64,000 bases of DNA, taken from an uncultured bacterium. Its GTDB lineage: Bacteria > Zhuqueibacterota > QNDG01 > DSAB01. Both the position numbers and the translations under genes were made by a program. The notes below the pieces were generated by a model that did not search any database, was not told the origin of the DNA, and worked only from the letters and a program-made list of their open reading frames with translations. Positions 18,544-29,800 of this stretch are shown in pieces. Positions within the stretch are counted from its first letter, which is position 1; each line of letters opens with the position of its first letter. Location of the stretch: contig CAZYVD010000010.1 of assembly GCA_964651045.1 (NCBI GenBank), forward strand, positions 828 to 64,827. The letters are read 5' to 3'.

Positions 18544-20454
18544 ATGGGAAAAATAATTGGAATCGACTTGGGAACTACAAATTCATGTGTAGCTGTAATG
18601 GAGGGTGGTGAGCCGGTAGTAATTCCTAACGCTGAAGGCTCTCGAACAACTCCCTCCATGGTAGCATTCACTAAAAAAGGAGAAAGACTGGTCGGGGCAT
18701 CGGCAAAGCGTCAGGCAATTACAAATCCTGACAATACCATCTTCTCAATAAAGCGTTTCATGGGACGAATGTATGAAGAGGTTGAGGAGGAAATAAAAGA
18801 GGTTCCATATAAAGTAGTAAAAGGGAAGAACAATGTTGCCCGAGTAAAGATTGGTGATAAGGAATACTCCCCTCCTGAAATATCTGCAATGATACTGCAG
18901 AAAATGAAACAAACTGCCGAAGACTATCTCGGCCAGAAGGTCACAGAGGCGGTTATTACTGTACCTGCTTACTTCAACGACAGCCAGAGACAGGCCACAA
19001 AAGAAGCTGGAATAATTGCAGGTCTTGAGGTCAAACGGATAATCAATGAACCAACAGCAGCATCCCTAGCATATGGACTGGATAAAAAGAAAAACGAAAA
19101 GATCGCAGTGTTTGATCTCGGAGGTGGCACATTTGATATATCGATTCTTGAATTAGGTGACGGTGTTTTTGAAGTCAAATCCACAAATGGAGATACACAC
19201 CTCGGCGGCGACGATTTCGATCAGCGCATAATCAACTGGCTTGTAGATGAATTTAAGAAGGCAGAAGGTGTTGATCTCTCCAAAGATCCAATGGCTCTTC
19301 AGAGACTCAAAGAAGCAGCCGAAAAGGCAAAGATGGAGCTTTCAACATCTACACAGACAGAGATAAATCTTCCTTTCATAACAGCAACAGACTCTGGTCC
19401 AAAACATCTTAACATGACTCTCACCCGCGCAAAATTCGAGCAGCTGTGCGATGACCTCTTCACCAAAACAATAGAACCGTGTCAGATTGCATTAAATGAT
19501 GCAGGCCTGAAACCAACCGATATCGACGAAGTTGTGCTTGTAGGAGGCATGACCCGTGTTCCAAGAGTTCAGGAAATTGTAAAAGAGATCTTTGGTAAAG
19601 ATCCACACAAGGGTGTTAATCCAGACGAAGTTGTTGCCATTGGCGCTGCCATTCAAGGTGGAGTCCTTGGAGGGGATGTAAAGGATGTTCTTCTTCTCGA
19701 TGTTACACCTCTTTCTCTTGGAATCGAGACGCTCGGTGGAGTCTTTACAAAACTCATAGAGAAGAACACAACCATCCCAACCAGGAAGAGTGAGATCTTC
19801 TCTACCGCTGCAGACAACCAGACAACTGTCGAAATCCATGTATTGCAGGGTGAAAGAGAAATGGCCATTGATAACAAAACAATAGGTCGTTTCCATTTGG
19901 ACGGGATTCCACCTGCACCAAGAGGCGTGCCGCAGATCGAAGTCACCTTTGACATCGATGCCAACGGCATACTAAATGTCTCGGCAAAAGATAAGGCGAC
20001 AAACAAGGAACAGTCAATAAGAATCGAAGCTTCAAGCGGTCTTACCAAGGAAGAAATCGATAAGATGATAAAGGATGCCAAACAACACGCTGCTGAAGAT
20101 AAAAAACGAAGAGAAGAGGTCGATGCAAGAAATGCCGCAGACCAACTCGTATATCAAACAGAGAAGAATCTTAAAGAGTCGGGTGACAAAATCGATAGTG
20201 ACTTAAAGAATAAAATAGAGGCAGCAGTAGGACGAGTGAAAGAGGCAATGAAGGGTTCAAACATAGATGAGATAAAATCCGCAACTGATAATCTCAATCA
20301 ACTGTGGCAACAGGCCGTATCATATATGTATACACATGCAGCCGGAGCCCAGACCGGAACAGGCCAATCACAGACATCACAGACCGAAGAGAAAAAGGAA
20401 AAGAAGGCACAGGACGCAGACTTCGAGGTCGTTGACGATGATGAAGGAAAATGA
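18544..20454 (+). CDS. dnaK: Chaperone DnaK (Hsp70)
   Basis: [47 protein letters not shown]. Confidence 0.99.
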   Translation: MGKIIGIDLGTTNSCVAVMEGGEPVVIPNAEGSRTTPSMVAFTKKGERLVGASAKRQAITNPDNTIFSIKRFMGRMYEEVEEEIKEVPYKVVKGKNNVARVKIGDKEYSPPEISAMILQKMKQTAEDYLGQKVTEAVITVPAYFNDSQRQATKEAGIIAGLEVKRIINEPTAASLAYGLDKKKNEKIAVFDLGGGTFDISILELGDGVFEVKSTNGDTHLGGDDFDQRIINWLVDEFKKAEGVDLSKDPMALQRLKEAAEKAKMELSTSTQTEINLPFITATDSGPKHLNMTLTRAKFEQLCDDLFTKTIEPCQIALNDAGLKPTDIDEVVLVGGMTRVPRVQEIVKEIFGKDPHKGVNPDEVVAIGAAIQGGVLGGDVKDVLLLDVTPLSLGIETLGGVFTKLIEKNTTIPTRKSEIFSTAADNQTTVEIHVLQGEREMAIDNKTIGRFHLDGIPPAPRGVPQIEVTFDIDANGILNVSAKDKATNKEQSIRIEASSGLTKEEIDKMIKDAKQHAAEDKKRREEVDARNAADQLVYQTEKNLKESGDKIDSDLKNKIEAAVGRVKEAMKGSNIDEIKSATDNLNQLWQQAVSYMYTHAAGAQTGTGQSQTSQTEEKKEKKAQDADFEVVDDDEGK

Positions 20455-20461
20455 TAAAAAA

Positions 20462-20577
20462 GGGGCTGTATCAAGAGTATTAAAAAAGGGCAAAGATATA
20501 TCAAGATGGAAACACTTAAAAACCAACCTCTGCGCTCTTTAAGGTTCCAATAAGTTTCCGATTCTTGATACAACCCC
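20462..20577. repeat. 116-bp element with 15-bp terminal inverted repeats (MITE-like or long hairpin)
   Basis: GGGGCTGTATCAAGA (20462-20476) versus TCTTGATACAACCCC (20563-20577): 14/15 complementary. Confidence 0.55.
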
Positions 20578-20619
20578 CTATTTATATTATGGAATTATTT
20601 AAAAACTCGGAGGTCTTAA

Positions 20620-23235
20620 TTGATTGACATAAACAGGTTCACATTAAAATCTCAGGACGCAATACAAAAATCACACACTCTTGCCAGTGAATATGGAAAT
20701 CAACAGATAGAGCCCGAACACCTCCTCTACACCCTTCTGCAGGATAGAGAAGGACTTGTTTGTTCCATCCTAAAAAAACTTGGCACATCCGTCGAAGAAG
20801 CGGAAAGCAAAGTTCTAAACCAGATCGAGCGGTTCCCAAAAGTAACAGGAGGTGTGGGACAGGTATATCTTTCTCAAGAATTAAATCAGGTTCTCGAGAG
20901 AGGCCTCAAAAAAGCCGAGGCCCTCAAGGATGACTATATAAGCGTCGAGCATCTACTTCTTGCCATATCGGAATCCAGGAGCAAGGCAGGGGAAATTCTC
21001 AGAGAGGGAGGTGTTTCTGAGGAAAACATTCTAAACGTGCTTCGCTCTATTCGCGGCGGACACAGAGTAACAGATCAGAATCCAGAAGATAAATATCAGG
21101 CTCTGAAGCGGTATGCTCGCGATCTTAATGAACTTGCCAGGCAGGGCAAACTAGATCCTGTAATTGGAAGAGATGAAGAGATACGAAGAGTGTTGCAGGT
21201 TCTGTCGCGCAGGACGAAAAATAATCCTGTTCTCATTGGTGAGCCTGGTGTCGGAAAAACCGCCATTGTCGAGGGTATAGCTCATCGTATCATATCAGGA
21301 GATGTTCCGGAGAACCTTAAAACAAAACGCATCATTGCTCTTGATATTGGATCATTGATAGCAGGAGCAAAATACAGGGGTGAGTTTGAAGACAGACTCA
21401 AGGCCGTTCTAAAGGAGATCCACGAATCAGAAGGCCAGATAATTTTATTTATAGATGAGATGCATACACTTGTTGGAGCAGGAGCAGCAGAAGGCGCCGT
21501 GGATGCATCCAACATGCTTAAGCCTGCACTAGCACGTGGAGATTTGAGATGTGTTGGTGCTACAACACTAAACGAATATCGAAAACACATCGAGAAGGAT
21601 GCTGCTCTTGAGCGCAGGTTCCAGCCGGTATACGTCGGAGAGCCTTCTGTTGAAGATACGATATCCATTCTAAGAGGACTGAAAGAGAGATATGAAGTAC
21701 ATCATGGTGTCAGGATAAAGGATAGTGCACTTGTAGAGGCAGCAGTCCTTTCACACCGATACATCAGCGATCGTTTCCTCCCAGACAAGGCCATAGACCT
21801 GATCGATGAAGCTGCATCCAAACTTCGCATCGAAATCGATTCAATGCCAGAAGAGCTGGACGAAGTAGAGCGAAAAATAAAACAGCTTGAGATTGAACGA
21901 GAGGCCATGAAAAAGGAAAAAGATCCAGGCTCAAAAGAACGGCTCAGGAAAATTAAAGAGGAACTCTCGAATCTAAAAGAAAAAGCAGACGAGCTCAGGG
22001 CTCACTGGCAGATGGAAAAGGAGACAATCTCGCGCATTAGAAAATTAAAAGAAGAGATAGAAAATGTTAAGACAGAATCTGCAAAGGCAGAAAGAGACGG
22101 CGATCTTTCAAAGGCAGCAGAGTTAAAGTACGGGAAACTTCCGGAACTCGAGAAAGAGCTCAACGAGGTCAATGCAAAACTCGTAGAACTTCAGAAGGAT
22201 CGAAAGATGCTTAAAGAGGAAGTTGAAGAAGAAGATGTTGCAGAAATCGTCTCAAGATGGACAGGGATCCCTGTGTCGAGAATGATGGAAAGCGAGCGAG
22301 AAAAACTAATACACATGGAAGAACGCATCAGACAGAGAATCGTGGGCCAAGATGAGGCGGTTCGGGCTGTTGCAGATGCGATTCGAAGGGCAAGAGCAGG
22401 TCTTCAAGAAGAGGCTCGCCCCATTGGTTCATTCATCTTTCTTGGAACAACAGGTGTCGGTAAAACCGAACTTGCAAGGGCTCTAGCAGAATTTCTATTT
22501 GATGATGAACATGCAATGATAAGAATCGATATGTCAGAGTATATGGAACGACACTCTGTTTCTCGCCTCATTGGTGCACCTCCTGGTTATGTAGGATATG
22601 AGGAGGGGGGCCAGCTCACAGAAGCGGTAAGAAGACGGCCATACTCGGTAGTACTCTTAGATGAAATCGAAAAGGCCCATCCTGAAGTATTCAACATTCT
22701 ACTACAGATACTGGATGACGGTCAGCTTACAGACAATCAGGGAAGAAAAGTCAATTTTAAGAATACTATTATTATTATGACATCCAATATCGGTGCACCC
22801 TTCATAATGGAACGGTCTCAAAATATAACAGATGAAAATAGAGAACGCATATATCAGGAAATTAAAAACGAAGTAAACAGCCAGCTTAAAAAAACCTTAA
22901 GACCCGAACTCCTAAACAGAATCGACGAGATCATCGTATTTCATCCATTAGGAATGAAAGAGATAGAACAAATAGTATCTCTTCAGTTTAAAAAGATAGC
23001 GGAAAAGGCAAAGAAACAGGGGGTTAATATCGAACTTACCGAGGAGGCCAGGGCCTATCTAGCGAAAACAGGATATGATCCTGCCTTTGGTGCACGGCCT
23101 CTCAAACGTTCCCTTCAGAAGATGATTACAAATGAACTTGCAAAAAGAATATTGAGCGGCCAGATAAAAACTGGAGATAATATCAAAATCATATTCAAAG
23201 AAAATAGCCTTGATTTTATTCCTAAGACTAATTAA
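20620..23235 (+). CDS. clpB: ATP-dependent disaggregase ClpB
   Basis: Two AAA+ modules ([16 protein letters not shown]), coiled-coil middle domain, [17 protein letters not shown]. Confidence 0.97.
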   Translation: MIDINRFTLKSQDAIQKSHTLASEYGNQQIEPEHLLYTLLQDREGLVCSILKKLGTSVEEAESKVLNQIERFPKVTGGVGQVYLSQELNQVLERGLKKAEALKDDYISVEHLLLAISESRSKAGEILREGGVSEENILNVLRSIRGGHRVTDQNPEDKYQALKRYARDLNELARQGKLDPVIGRDEEIRRVLQVLSRRTKNNPVLIGEPGVGKTAIVEGIAHRIISGDVPENLKTKRIIALDIGSLIAGAKYRGEFEDRLKAVLKEIHESEGQIILFIDEMHTLVGAGAAEGAVDASNMLKPALARGDLRCVGATTLNEYRKHIEKDAALERRFQPVYVGEPSVEDTISILRGLKERYEVHHGVRIKDSALVEAAVLSHRYISDRFLPDKAIDLIDEAASKLRIEIDSMPEELDEVERKIKQLEIEREAMKKEKDPGSKERLRKIKEELSNLKEKADELRAHWQMEKETISRIRKLKEEIENVKTESAKAERDGDLSKAAELKYGKLPELEKELNEVNAKLVELQKDRKMLKEEVEEEDVAEIVSRWTGIPVSRMMESEREKLIHMEERIRQRIVGQDEAVRAVADAIRRARAGLQEEARPIGSFIFLGTTGVGKTELARALAEFLFDDEHAMIRIDMSEYMERHSVSRLIGAPPGYVGYEEGGQLTEAVRRRPYSVVLLDEIEKAHPEVFNILLQILDDGQLTDNQGRKVNFKNTIIIMTSNIGAPFIMERSQNITDENRERIYQEIKNEVNSQLKKTLRPELLNRIDEIIVFHPLGMKEIEQIVSLQFKKIAEKAKKQGVNIELTEEARAYLAKTGYDPAFGARPLKRSLQKMITNELAKRILSGQIKTGDNIKIIFKENSLDFIPKTN

Positions 23236-23282
23236 ACTAACCGGTTAAAACATTGATGTTTACTTAATAAGGAGAGTAATCG

Positions 23283-23780
23283 ATGAGGAGCCTAATAACA
23301 GTATCATTTGCAGTGACAGTCATTATCATATCAATTACAGGATGCTTAAAACTCTCAGATGAACAGCTCATGAACAGGGCTGAAAAATTAGAGTCAGAGG
23401 AGAAATTCTCAAAGGCGGCCGAAATTTATGAAAAAGTTGCCTCCCTTCATCCTGAGAGTCCATTAGCAGATTCTGCCCTATACAGAGCGGCCATTGTCTA
23501 CACCGGCGGCCTAAAAAAATTCTCAAAGGCAATCTCTCTATTCAAACGAATCGTCGATGAATATCCTGAAAGTAGATCAGCTCCTCAATCTCAATTCATG
23601 ATAGGATACATTTATGCCAACACAATCGGCGACACAACCATGGCACGCAGGGCATATAAGAGATTTCTCGAAAAGTATCCCGATCATGAACTTGTTCCAT
23701 CAGTAAGATGGGAGTTGAAATATCTTGGGAGAGACATAAATGATATCCCGGAGCTGAAAAATTTAGAAGGTAAAAATTAA
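23283..23780 (+). CDS. TPR lipoprotein (YbgF/BamD-like repeats)
   Basis: Lipobox ITGC; YP.S..A..ALYR and APQSQFMIGYIY repeats. Confidence 0.8.
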   Translation: MRSLITVSFAVTVIIISITGCLKLSDEQLMNRAEKLESEEKFSKAAEIYEKVASLHPESPLADSALYRAAIVYTGGLKKFSKAISLFKRIVDEYPESRSAPQSQFMIGYIYANTIGDTTMARRAYKRFLEKYPDHELVPSVRWELKYLGRDINDIPELKNLEGKN

Positions 23781-23835
23781 TCTTTCTGGTCAGTGGAACT
23801 TTTATTAAACTGAAAAGTATGAAAAAATATAAAAT

Positions 23836-24870
23836 ATGGGGAGGTATATGAAACATAGTATAGTCAAACCCATCCTTTTAACAATACTTTTCTCAGCCAT
23901 ACTTTCAGGACAAACATATTCTATTCCAGACTCATCAGAAAATATAAGAGTAACTCTATCTGCAGAAATATCTCACAAATCTGTACCATTAAACCGTACA
24001 TTCTCACTATCAGTAAAGGTGTTGTGGGAAGGAGACCAGAACAGAATTGAAATCGTTAAGATCGAGGAGCCAATATTATCAAACTGCGAAATAACAGGAA
24101 CCTCTGTATCAAACAGAGTGACAGGAACATCGGGTAGTCAAAAGGCAGAAAGGGAGATTAGCTATAAACTTAAGCCACACTCCCTGGGAATGGCCTATAT
24201 AGAAGAGGTTCTTCTTACATACAAGGACAGAAAAACAGACAAAACCTACACACTCAAAACAGAGAGACTTTCTGTCGAAGTTGTTGATCCAGTCCCTGAA
24301 AATGTGCATAAGAGTAATCTGTGGATACTATTTCTATTCTTGGGGGTTCTGATAACTATCGTCATCATATCTCTATTTATAATTAAAAAAAGATCAGAAG
24401 GGAAGATCGCTCCCCAGCCTCAGAGAATCATAGAAGAAATTTATCTGGAGGAACTAAAAAAGAGCGTTGATCTTAAGGCAAAGAAAACAGATGAGGCCTT
24501 TGGTGTATTATCAAGACTCTTCAGAAGATATCTTTCCGAAAAATTTGGAATATCGGCAACACAGCTTACAACTCAGCAGCTGTTAAAAAAACTGGAAGAA
24601 ACTGATCTGGATGAGAACACAAGAAGGAAATGCGAAAAACTCTTTACAACTGCAGATGTTGTTAAATTCTCAGGCCATGATGCAACACAATCAGAATTAG
24701 AAGATGGCTACACAACGGTCGAAACCATTCTTGAATCGAATCTGTCAAAGATGATTGAGGAAAGGCAGAGAGCAGAACAGCAAATATCAAAAGGGAAAAA
24801 GATATTGAAGATATTTAAAAAAAGCGCTCATCAAGAACTTGAAAGGAGGTTCAATGGACACCAAGATTGA
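23836..24870 (+). CDS. BatD-like N-terminal domain membrane protein
   Basis: Signal, Ig-like region (VPLNRTFSLSV...YKLKP...G), one TM segment, RRYLSEKFG.SA..LTT..L...ADVVKFS; resembles 27730-28782. Confidence 0.55.
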   Translation: MGRYMKHSIVKPILLTILFSAILSGQTYSIPDSSENIRVTLSAEISHKSVPLNRTFSLSVKVLWEGDQNRIEIVKIEEPILSNCEITGTSVSNRVTGTSGSQKAEREISYKLKPHSLGMAYIEEVLLTYKDRKTDKTYTLKTERLSVEVVDPVPENVHKSNLWILFLFLGVLITIVIISLFIIKKRSEGKIAPQPQRIIEEIYLEELKKSVDLKAKKTDEAFGVLSRLFRRYLSEKFGISATQLTTQQLLKKLEETDLDENTRRKCEKLFTTADVVKFSGHDATQSELEDGYTTVETILESNLSKMIEERQRAEQQISKGKKILKIFKKSAHQELERRFNGHQD

Positions 24871-25843
24871 GGCCATCCACAAAAAAATACAGAAAGAGAG
24901 TATATTTATCGACAGGCTAATCGATGAAATTGGTAAGGTAATAGTCGGTCAAAAGTACATGATCGAAAGGCTACTTATAGGGCTTCTTTCCAACGGACAC
25001 GTGCTGCTCGAGGGTGTTCCAGGTCTGGCAAAAACAATGACTGTCAGGACACTCTCAGATGCAATTCAGACAAAATTTCAGCGCATCCAGTTCACTCCTG
25101 ATCTCCTTCCAGCAGATCTTATAGGAACGCTGATATATGATCAAAAGAACGGAAAGTTCCAGACCAAAAAAGGCCCAATTTTCTCGAACATAATTCTTGC
25201 CGACGAAATAAACCGATCACCTGCTAAGGTACAGTCGGCACTGCTTGAGGCAATGCAGGAACGAACAGTTACGATAGGAGACAATACATTTGCCCTTGAG
25301 GATCCATTTCTCGTTCTCGCCACTCAGAACCCGATAGAACAGGAAGGAACCTATCCCCTACCCGAAGCCCAGGTCGACCGCTTCATGCTTAAACTCTCAA
25401 TCGATTATCCGACACCAGAAGAGGAACTCGAGATCATGCGCCGCATGTCAGTAGGCCCTGAACCAAAGGCAGACCCTGTAATCGGGCCAAAGGAGATAAT
25501 TAATGCCAGATCGGTTGTTGAAGAAATTTACATAGATCCAAAGATTCAGCAATACATTGTTGACATCGTATTTGCAACACGAAAACCAAAAGAGTATGGA
25601 CTCGAAGACCTCGTGGAACTAATCGCATATGGCGCATCTCCAAGAGCATCGATCTATCTGTCAAAGGCAGCCAAGGCCCATGCATTCTTGAGAAAGAGGG
25701 GCTATGTGACACCAGAAGATGTAAGGGCAATCGGGATGGACATCCTGCGACACAGGATTATAGTAACATATGAGGCCGAAGCAGAAGAGGTTACATCAGA
25801 GGATGTTGTAAGAAAAGTACTCAACAGAATTGAGGTTCCATAA
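24854..25843 (+). CDS. moxR: MoxR family AAA+ ATPase
   Basis: HVLLEGVPGLAKT, RIQFTPDLLPAD, LADEINR, ATQNPIEQEGTYPLPEAQVDRF, YGASPRA. Confidence 0.96.
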   Translation: MDTKIEAIHKKIQKESIFIDRLIDEIGKVIVGQKYMIERLLIGLLSNGHVLLEGVPGLAKTMTVRTLSDAIQTKFQRIQFTPDLLPADLIGTLIYDQKNGKFQTKKGPIFSNIILADEINRSPAKVQSALLEAMQERTVTIGDNTFALEDPFLVLATQNPIEQEGTYPLPEAQVDRFMLKLSIDYPTPEEELEIMRRMSVGPEPKADPVIGPKEIINARSVVEEIYIDPKIQQYIVDIVFATRKPKEYGLEDLVELIAYGASPRASIYLSKAAKAHAFLRKRGYVTPEDVRAIGMDILRHRIIVTYEAEAEEVTSEDVVRKVLNRIEVP

Positions 25844-25862
25844 CAGAACAACAGGAATAACG

Positions 25863-26741
25863 ATGATTCCAAAAGAGGTTCTTAAAAAGGTCAAACGTCT
25901 CGAAATCACAACAAGGAGTCTTGTAAACGACGTCTTCTCAGGTGAGTACCACTCTGTATTTAAAGGAAGGGGAATGGAATTTTCTGAGGTAAGGGAGTAT
26001 CAAATTGGAGACGACATCCGCACAATAGACTGGAACGTTACAGCAAGATATGGACATCCCTATGTTAAGGTCTTTGATGAAGAGCGTGAGCTAACAGTGA
26101 TGCTACTCGTTGATGCCAGCTCATCTGGAGAATTCGGAACATTCGAGAGGATGAAGGGAGAAATAGGAGTCGAAATCTGTGCCCTACTTGCATTCTCTGC
26201 CATAAAAAACAATGATAAGGTAGGATTGATAATATTTACAGACAAGGTCGAAAAGTTTATCCCACCAAGAAAAGGAAGGACCCATGTTCTAAGGGTGCTG
26301 CGGGAGCTTCTCTATTTTCAGCCTGAGAAGAAAAAAACAGACATAGGTGAAGCACTCGAGTATTTCAACAGAGTAATTAAGAGAAGAAGCGTTGTGTTTC
26401 TTGTTTCAGATTTCATATCTGAAGATTACGAGAATGCACTCAGGATTGCAAATAAGAAGCACGATATAGTTGCTATAAACATAGTCGATCCAAGAGAAAT
26501 AGAGCTGCCCGCTATCGGATATGTGGAACTCGAGGATGCCGAGACAGGCGAGACAATACTGATAAACACATCAGACAGGCAAATACGAAAGGAATTCAAT
26601 GTAAGAACATCAGAAGCATTGATAAACAGAGAGAAACTATTCAAATCGATGAACGTCGACTCTATAATAATTCATACTGATGAATCCTATTTTGAACCTC
26701 TAATGAAATTTTTCAGAACCAGGGCAAAGAGGTTTAGATAA
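25863..26741 (+). CDS. DUF58 (VWA-like) protein
   Basis: SVFKGRGMEFSEVREYQIGDDIRTIDWNVTAR, VDASSS, FLVSDF. Confidence 0.95.
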   Translation: MIPKEVLKKVKRLEITTRSLVNDVFSGEYHSVFKGRGMEFSEVREYQIGDDIRTIDWNVTARYGHPYVKVFDEERELTVMLLVDASSSGEFGTFERMKGEIGVEICALLAFSAIKNNDKVGLIIFTDKVEKFIPPRKGRTHVLRVLRELLYFQPEKKKTDIGEALEYFNRVIKRRSVVFLVSDFISEDYENALRIANKKHDIVAINIVDPREIELPAIGYVELEDAETGETILINTSDRQIRKEFNVRTSEALINREKLFKSMNVDSIIIHTDESYFEPLMKFFRTRAKRFR

Positions 26742-26773
26742 TCGCAGTCATGAAAAAATTTAGAGGGTGGAAC

Positions 26774-27712
26774 ATGAAAAACCTGAACATTTCAATTCTC
26801 TGTACGATTCTATCATTGCTGCTAATATTTTCTCTCTGTTCGAATCCTCAAAAATCACAAGTGGATGCGGACAGAATCAGAAGCTATGCGAATGCCCTCT
26901 ATAACAGAGAACTTCATACTCAGGCAATAAGAGAGTATCAGCGTTATCTGGATCAATTTCCCGTCAGCAAAAAACAGAGAGCAAACATCAACTTCATTAT
27001 CGGCAACATCTATTTTGACAGACTCCATGATTATGAAAACGCCATGTCCTATTATCTCAAAGTAAAATATCTATTTCCAGAATCAGAATTAATCGAAAGT
27101 GTCAACAAGAAAATAGTCGAGTGTCTAGAGAGACTACAGCGAACCGCAGATGCCAAACAGGCTATGGATGAAACAATCCGTCTCGACTCGCATGCAGAGA
27201 AGGGTTCACGTCCTGGAGAAGTTATTGCAAGGATAGGTGAACGCAAAATAACATCTGGAGATCTGAAATACTACATAAGTCGACTGCCAGAATACCTTCA
27301 ATCCCAATTCAAAGACAGAAAATCAAAGATTGAATTTTTAAAAAACTACATCGCAACAGAGCTTTTCTACGACGCTGCAAAGCGAAAGGGTTTGGACAGA
27401 GATAAGGATGTTATAGAGGGAACATTCCAGGCAAAAAAACAGCTTATGGTTCAGAAATATCTTGAACAGGAGATATCTCCTGAGCTTAAGATTACTCCTG
27501 ATGAAGTAGAACTCTACTACAAGGCAAACATGGAAAAATATGTTGAAAAGGATGAAAAGGGTAAAATAAAGAGACAAAAACCGTTCAGTGAAGTAAGAGA
27601 AGATGTTGTTAGAGACCTGATGAAAGAAAAACAGAAGAATGCGCTCGAAAGACTGCTTGAGAGAATGATGAATGCAGAGAATGTAAAGATCTATGAGGAC
27701 CTGATAAAATAA
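26774..27712 (+). CDS. TPR plus PrsA/SurA-like foldase scaffold protein
   Basis: N-terminal TPR-like repeats; VIARIGERKIT..DL...ELFYDAAKRKGLD...ITPDEVELYY...KPFSEVR resembles the PrsA/SurA N/C domain. Confidence 0.6.
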   Translation: MKNLNISILCTILSLLLIFSLCSNPQKSQVDADRIRSYANALYNRELHTQAIREYQRYLDQFPVSKKQRANINFIIGNIYFDRLHDYENAMSYYLKVKYLFPESELIESVNKKIVECLERLQRTADAKQAMDETIRLDSHAEKGSRPGEVIARIGERKITSGDLKYYISRLPEYLQSQFKDRKSKIEFLKNYIATELFYDAAKRKGLDRDKDVIEGTFQAKKQLMVQKYLEQEISPELKITPDEVELYYKANMEKYVEKDEKGKIKRQKPFSEVREDVVRDLMKEKQKNALERLLERMMNAENVKIYEDLIK

Positions 27713-27729
27713 CCGGTAAGTTTTTGATT

Positions 27730-28782
27730 ATGAAGCCTAAATCGATTAAAATCATTTATCTGGTTGCGGTCATCCTGATGATCGTGGCCACAGCTTATGC
27801 AAATAAGTCGCCAATAACGATCACATCAAACGTTGATAAATCTCGAATAACAATCGGAGATCTTATAACCTACTCTATAATAGTAGAGCACGATAAAGAT
27901 GTAAGAGTCGAGATGCCTGGGATGGGCGCAAATCTGGGACAATTCGAGATCAGAGACTACAGGGTACATGAACCAAAGAAACAAAAGGAGAGAATAATAT
28001 CTAGATGGGATTATATCATCTCAACATTTTTTACTGGTGAGTTCGAAATTCCGCCATTGACCGTAAAGTATACTCTGCCACAAGATACTACTTCATACTA
28101 TCTTCAGACAGAAAAGATAAAAATTGTGGTAGAGAGCGTCAAGCCAAGCAAAGAGGGTGATATTCGCGACATAAAACCACCGGTCAATATTCCTGCAGAT
28201 CTGTGGTCAACACTGCGGTGGATAATATTAACAGTCCTGCTGATCAGTACTGGAATTGTGCTGTTTATTATTTACAGAAGAAAAAAGAGCGGTAAGGTGC
28301 CTCTTGCACAGCGGTTTACTCCTCCCAGGCCGCCCCATGAGACTGCTCTAGAGGAGCTGAATAATCTGAAAAATTCAAATCTACTGCAAGATGGGGAGAT
28401 AAAAAAGTACTACATTCGAATATCGGAAATAATCAGAAGATACATTGAAGGCAGATACTTCATAACGGCAATGGAAATGACAACTACAGAGGTACTTCTA
28501 CGCCTCTCCAGAGAGGATGTAAATAGTGAAGAGTTACGGCTTTTTGAACAGTTCCTGAACAGGTGCGACCTTGTTAAATTTGCCAAATTAAAACCATCGG
28601 ATGAAGAGAATGAAGAGGTTTTAAATCTTGCATACGAGATTATCAACAGAACAAAAGTAGTACTGGAAACTCAGCAGAACGAGGCAAATAAAGAACGGGC
28701 AGAAGCAGTTACAAGCGAGGAGGAAAAGGTTACAACATTGGAGCCAGAAGTTAGGAATGAAAATACAGAACAAATAAAATAA
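27730..28782 (+). CDS. Bat-cluster membrane protein (BatD-like N-terminus)
   Basis: VDKSRITIGD.ITYSI...GEFEIPPL...DIRDIKPP, one TM segment, PHETALEEL...IRRYIEGRY...DLVKFAK. Confidence 0.7.
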   Translation: MKPKSIKIIYLVAVILMIVATAYANKSPITITSNVDKSRITIGDLITYSIIVEHDKDVRVEMPGMGANLGQFEIRDYRVHEPKKQKERIISRWDYIISTFFTGEFEIPPLTVKYTLPQDTTSYYLQTEKIKIVVESVKPSKEGDIRDIKPPVNIPADLWSTLRWIILTVLLISTGIVLFIIYRRKKSGKVPLAQRFTPPRPPHETALEELNNLKNSNLLQDGEIKKYYIRISEIIRRYIEGRYFITAMEMTTTEVLLRLSREDVNSEELRLFEQFLNRCDLVKFAKLKPSDEENEEVLNLAYEIINRTKVVLETQQNEANKERAEAVTSEEEKVTTLEPEVRNENTEQIK

Positions 28783-28793
28783 GAGCCAGGCCG

Positions 28794-29783
28794 ATGTTTT
28801 TTAGATTTGCAAATCCACAATTTTTAATTCTGCTAATTCTGATTCCTCTTCTTATATATCTATATCTAAAAAAATTGAGAAGAGGAGGCACAATACGCTA
28901 TTCCAATCTTGGAATTCTCAAACAAATAAGCACAATCTCCTCAACAAGACCGAGACATCTTCTATTTATTATTCGAATATTTGTTCTCACTCTTCTCATA
29001 ATTGCCTTTGCAAGACCCCAGTCGGGAATCAAGGGCGAAGAAGTTATCACGCAAGGAGTAGACATAATACTGGCAATAGATATATCGAGCTCCATGCTCG
29101 CAGAGGATATTAAACCAAACAGGGTAGAGGCTGTGAAGGCCGTAGCATCAGAATTTATAAAGAGAAGAAAAAGCGACAGGATAGGCATGGTTGTATTTGC
29201 CGGTGAGGCCTACACACAGTGTCCACTGACTCTCGACTATGGAATTCTGCTCAATTTTCTTGAAAAGATCAAGGTGGGAATTATCGAGGATGGCACAGCA
29301 ATTGGAATGGGTCTTGCCACAGCAGTGAACCGTCTTCGCAGCAGTCAGGCCAAATCCAAGCTAATAATCCTTCTTACAGACGGACGAAACAACACAGGTG
29401 AGATCGATCCTATTACGGCTGCTCAGGCAGCTCAGGCCTTTGACATCAGGGTATATACCATAGGTGCAGGAACAAAGGGATCGGCCATGTACCCCGTCAA
29501 TGATCCAATATTCGGAAAAAGGTATGTTCCTGTTCCGGTCGATATTGATGAAAGTACGCTCAAGAAGATAGCAGAAATGACAGGTGGTAAATACTTCAGA
29601 GCAACAAACAGGAAGAGACTCTCAGACATATATAGAGAAATCGACAAAATGGAAAAGACAAAAATTAAGGTGAAGGAGTACACAAGGTATTCGGAACTCT
29701 TCTACTATTTCGCAGGTATCGCCTTTTTATTCATTATGGCAGAGATTGTTCTGGCCAATACAACACTAAGAAAAATTCCATAG
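28794..29783 (+). CDS. batA: VWA-domain protein BatA
   Basis: AFARPQ, DISSSMLAEDIKPNR, DGTAIGMGLA, LLTDGRNN, TGGKYFRA. Confidence 0.9.
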   Translation: MFFRFANPQFLILLILIPLLIYLYLKKLRRGGTIRYSNLGILKQISTISSTRPRHLLFIIRIFVLTLLIIAFARPQSGIKGEEVITQGVDIILAIDISSSMLAEDIKPNRVEAVKAVASEFIKRRKSDRIGMVVFAGEAYTQCPLTLDYGILLNFLEKIKVGIIEDGTAIGMGLATAVNRLRSSQAKSKLIILLTDGRNNTGEIDPITAAQAAQAFDIRVYTIGAGTKGSAMYPVNDPIFGKRYVPVPVDIDESTLKKIAEMTGGKYFRATNRKRLSDIYREIDKMEKTKIKVKEYTRYSELFYYFAGIAFLFIMAEIVLANTTLRKIP

Positions 29784-29800
29784 GAGGACAGTAGAGAAGA

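Noticed and set aside
17551-20081. Long antisense ORFs opposite dnaJ and dnaK (e.g. 17551-18087, 19492-19896, 19653-20081)
   Set aside because: Shadow ORFs of highly conserved genes, with no motifs or RBS; the same applies to most short overlapping ORFs in the track.
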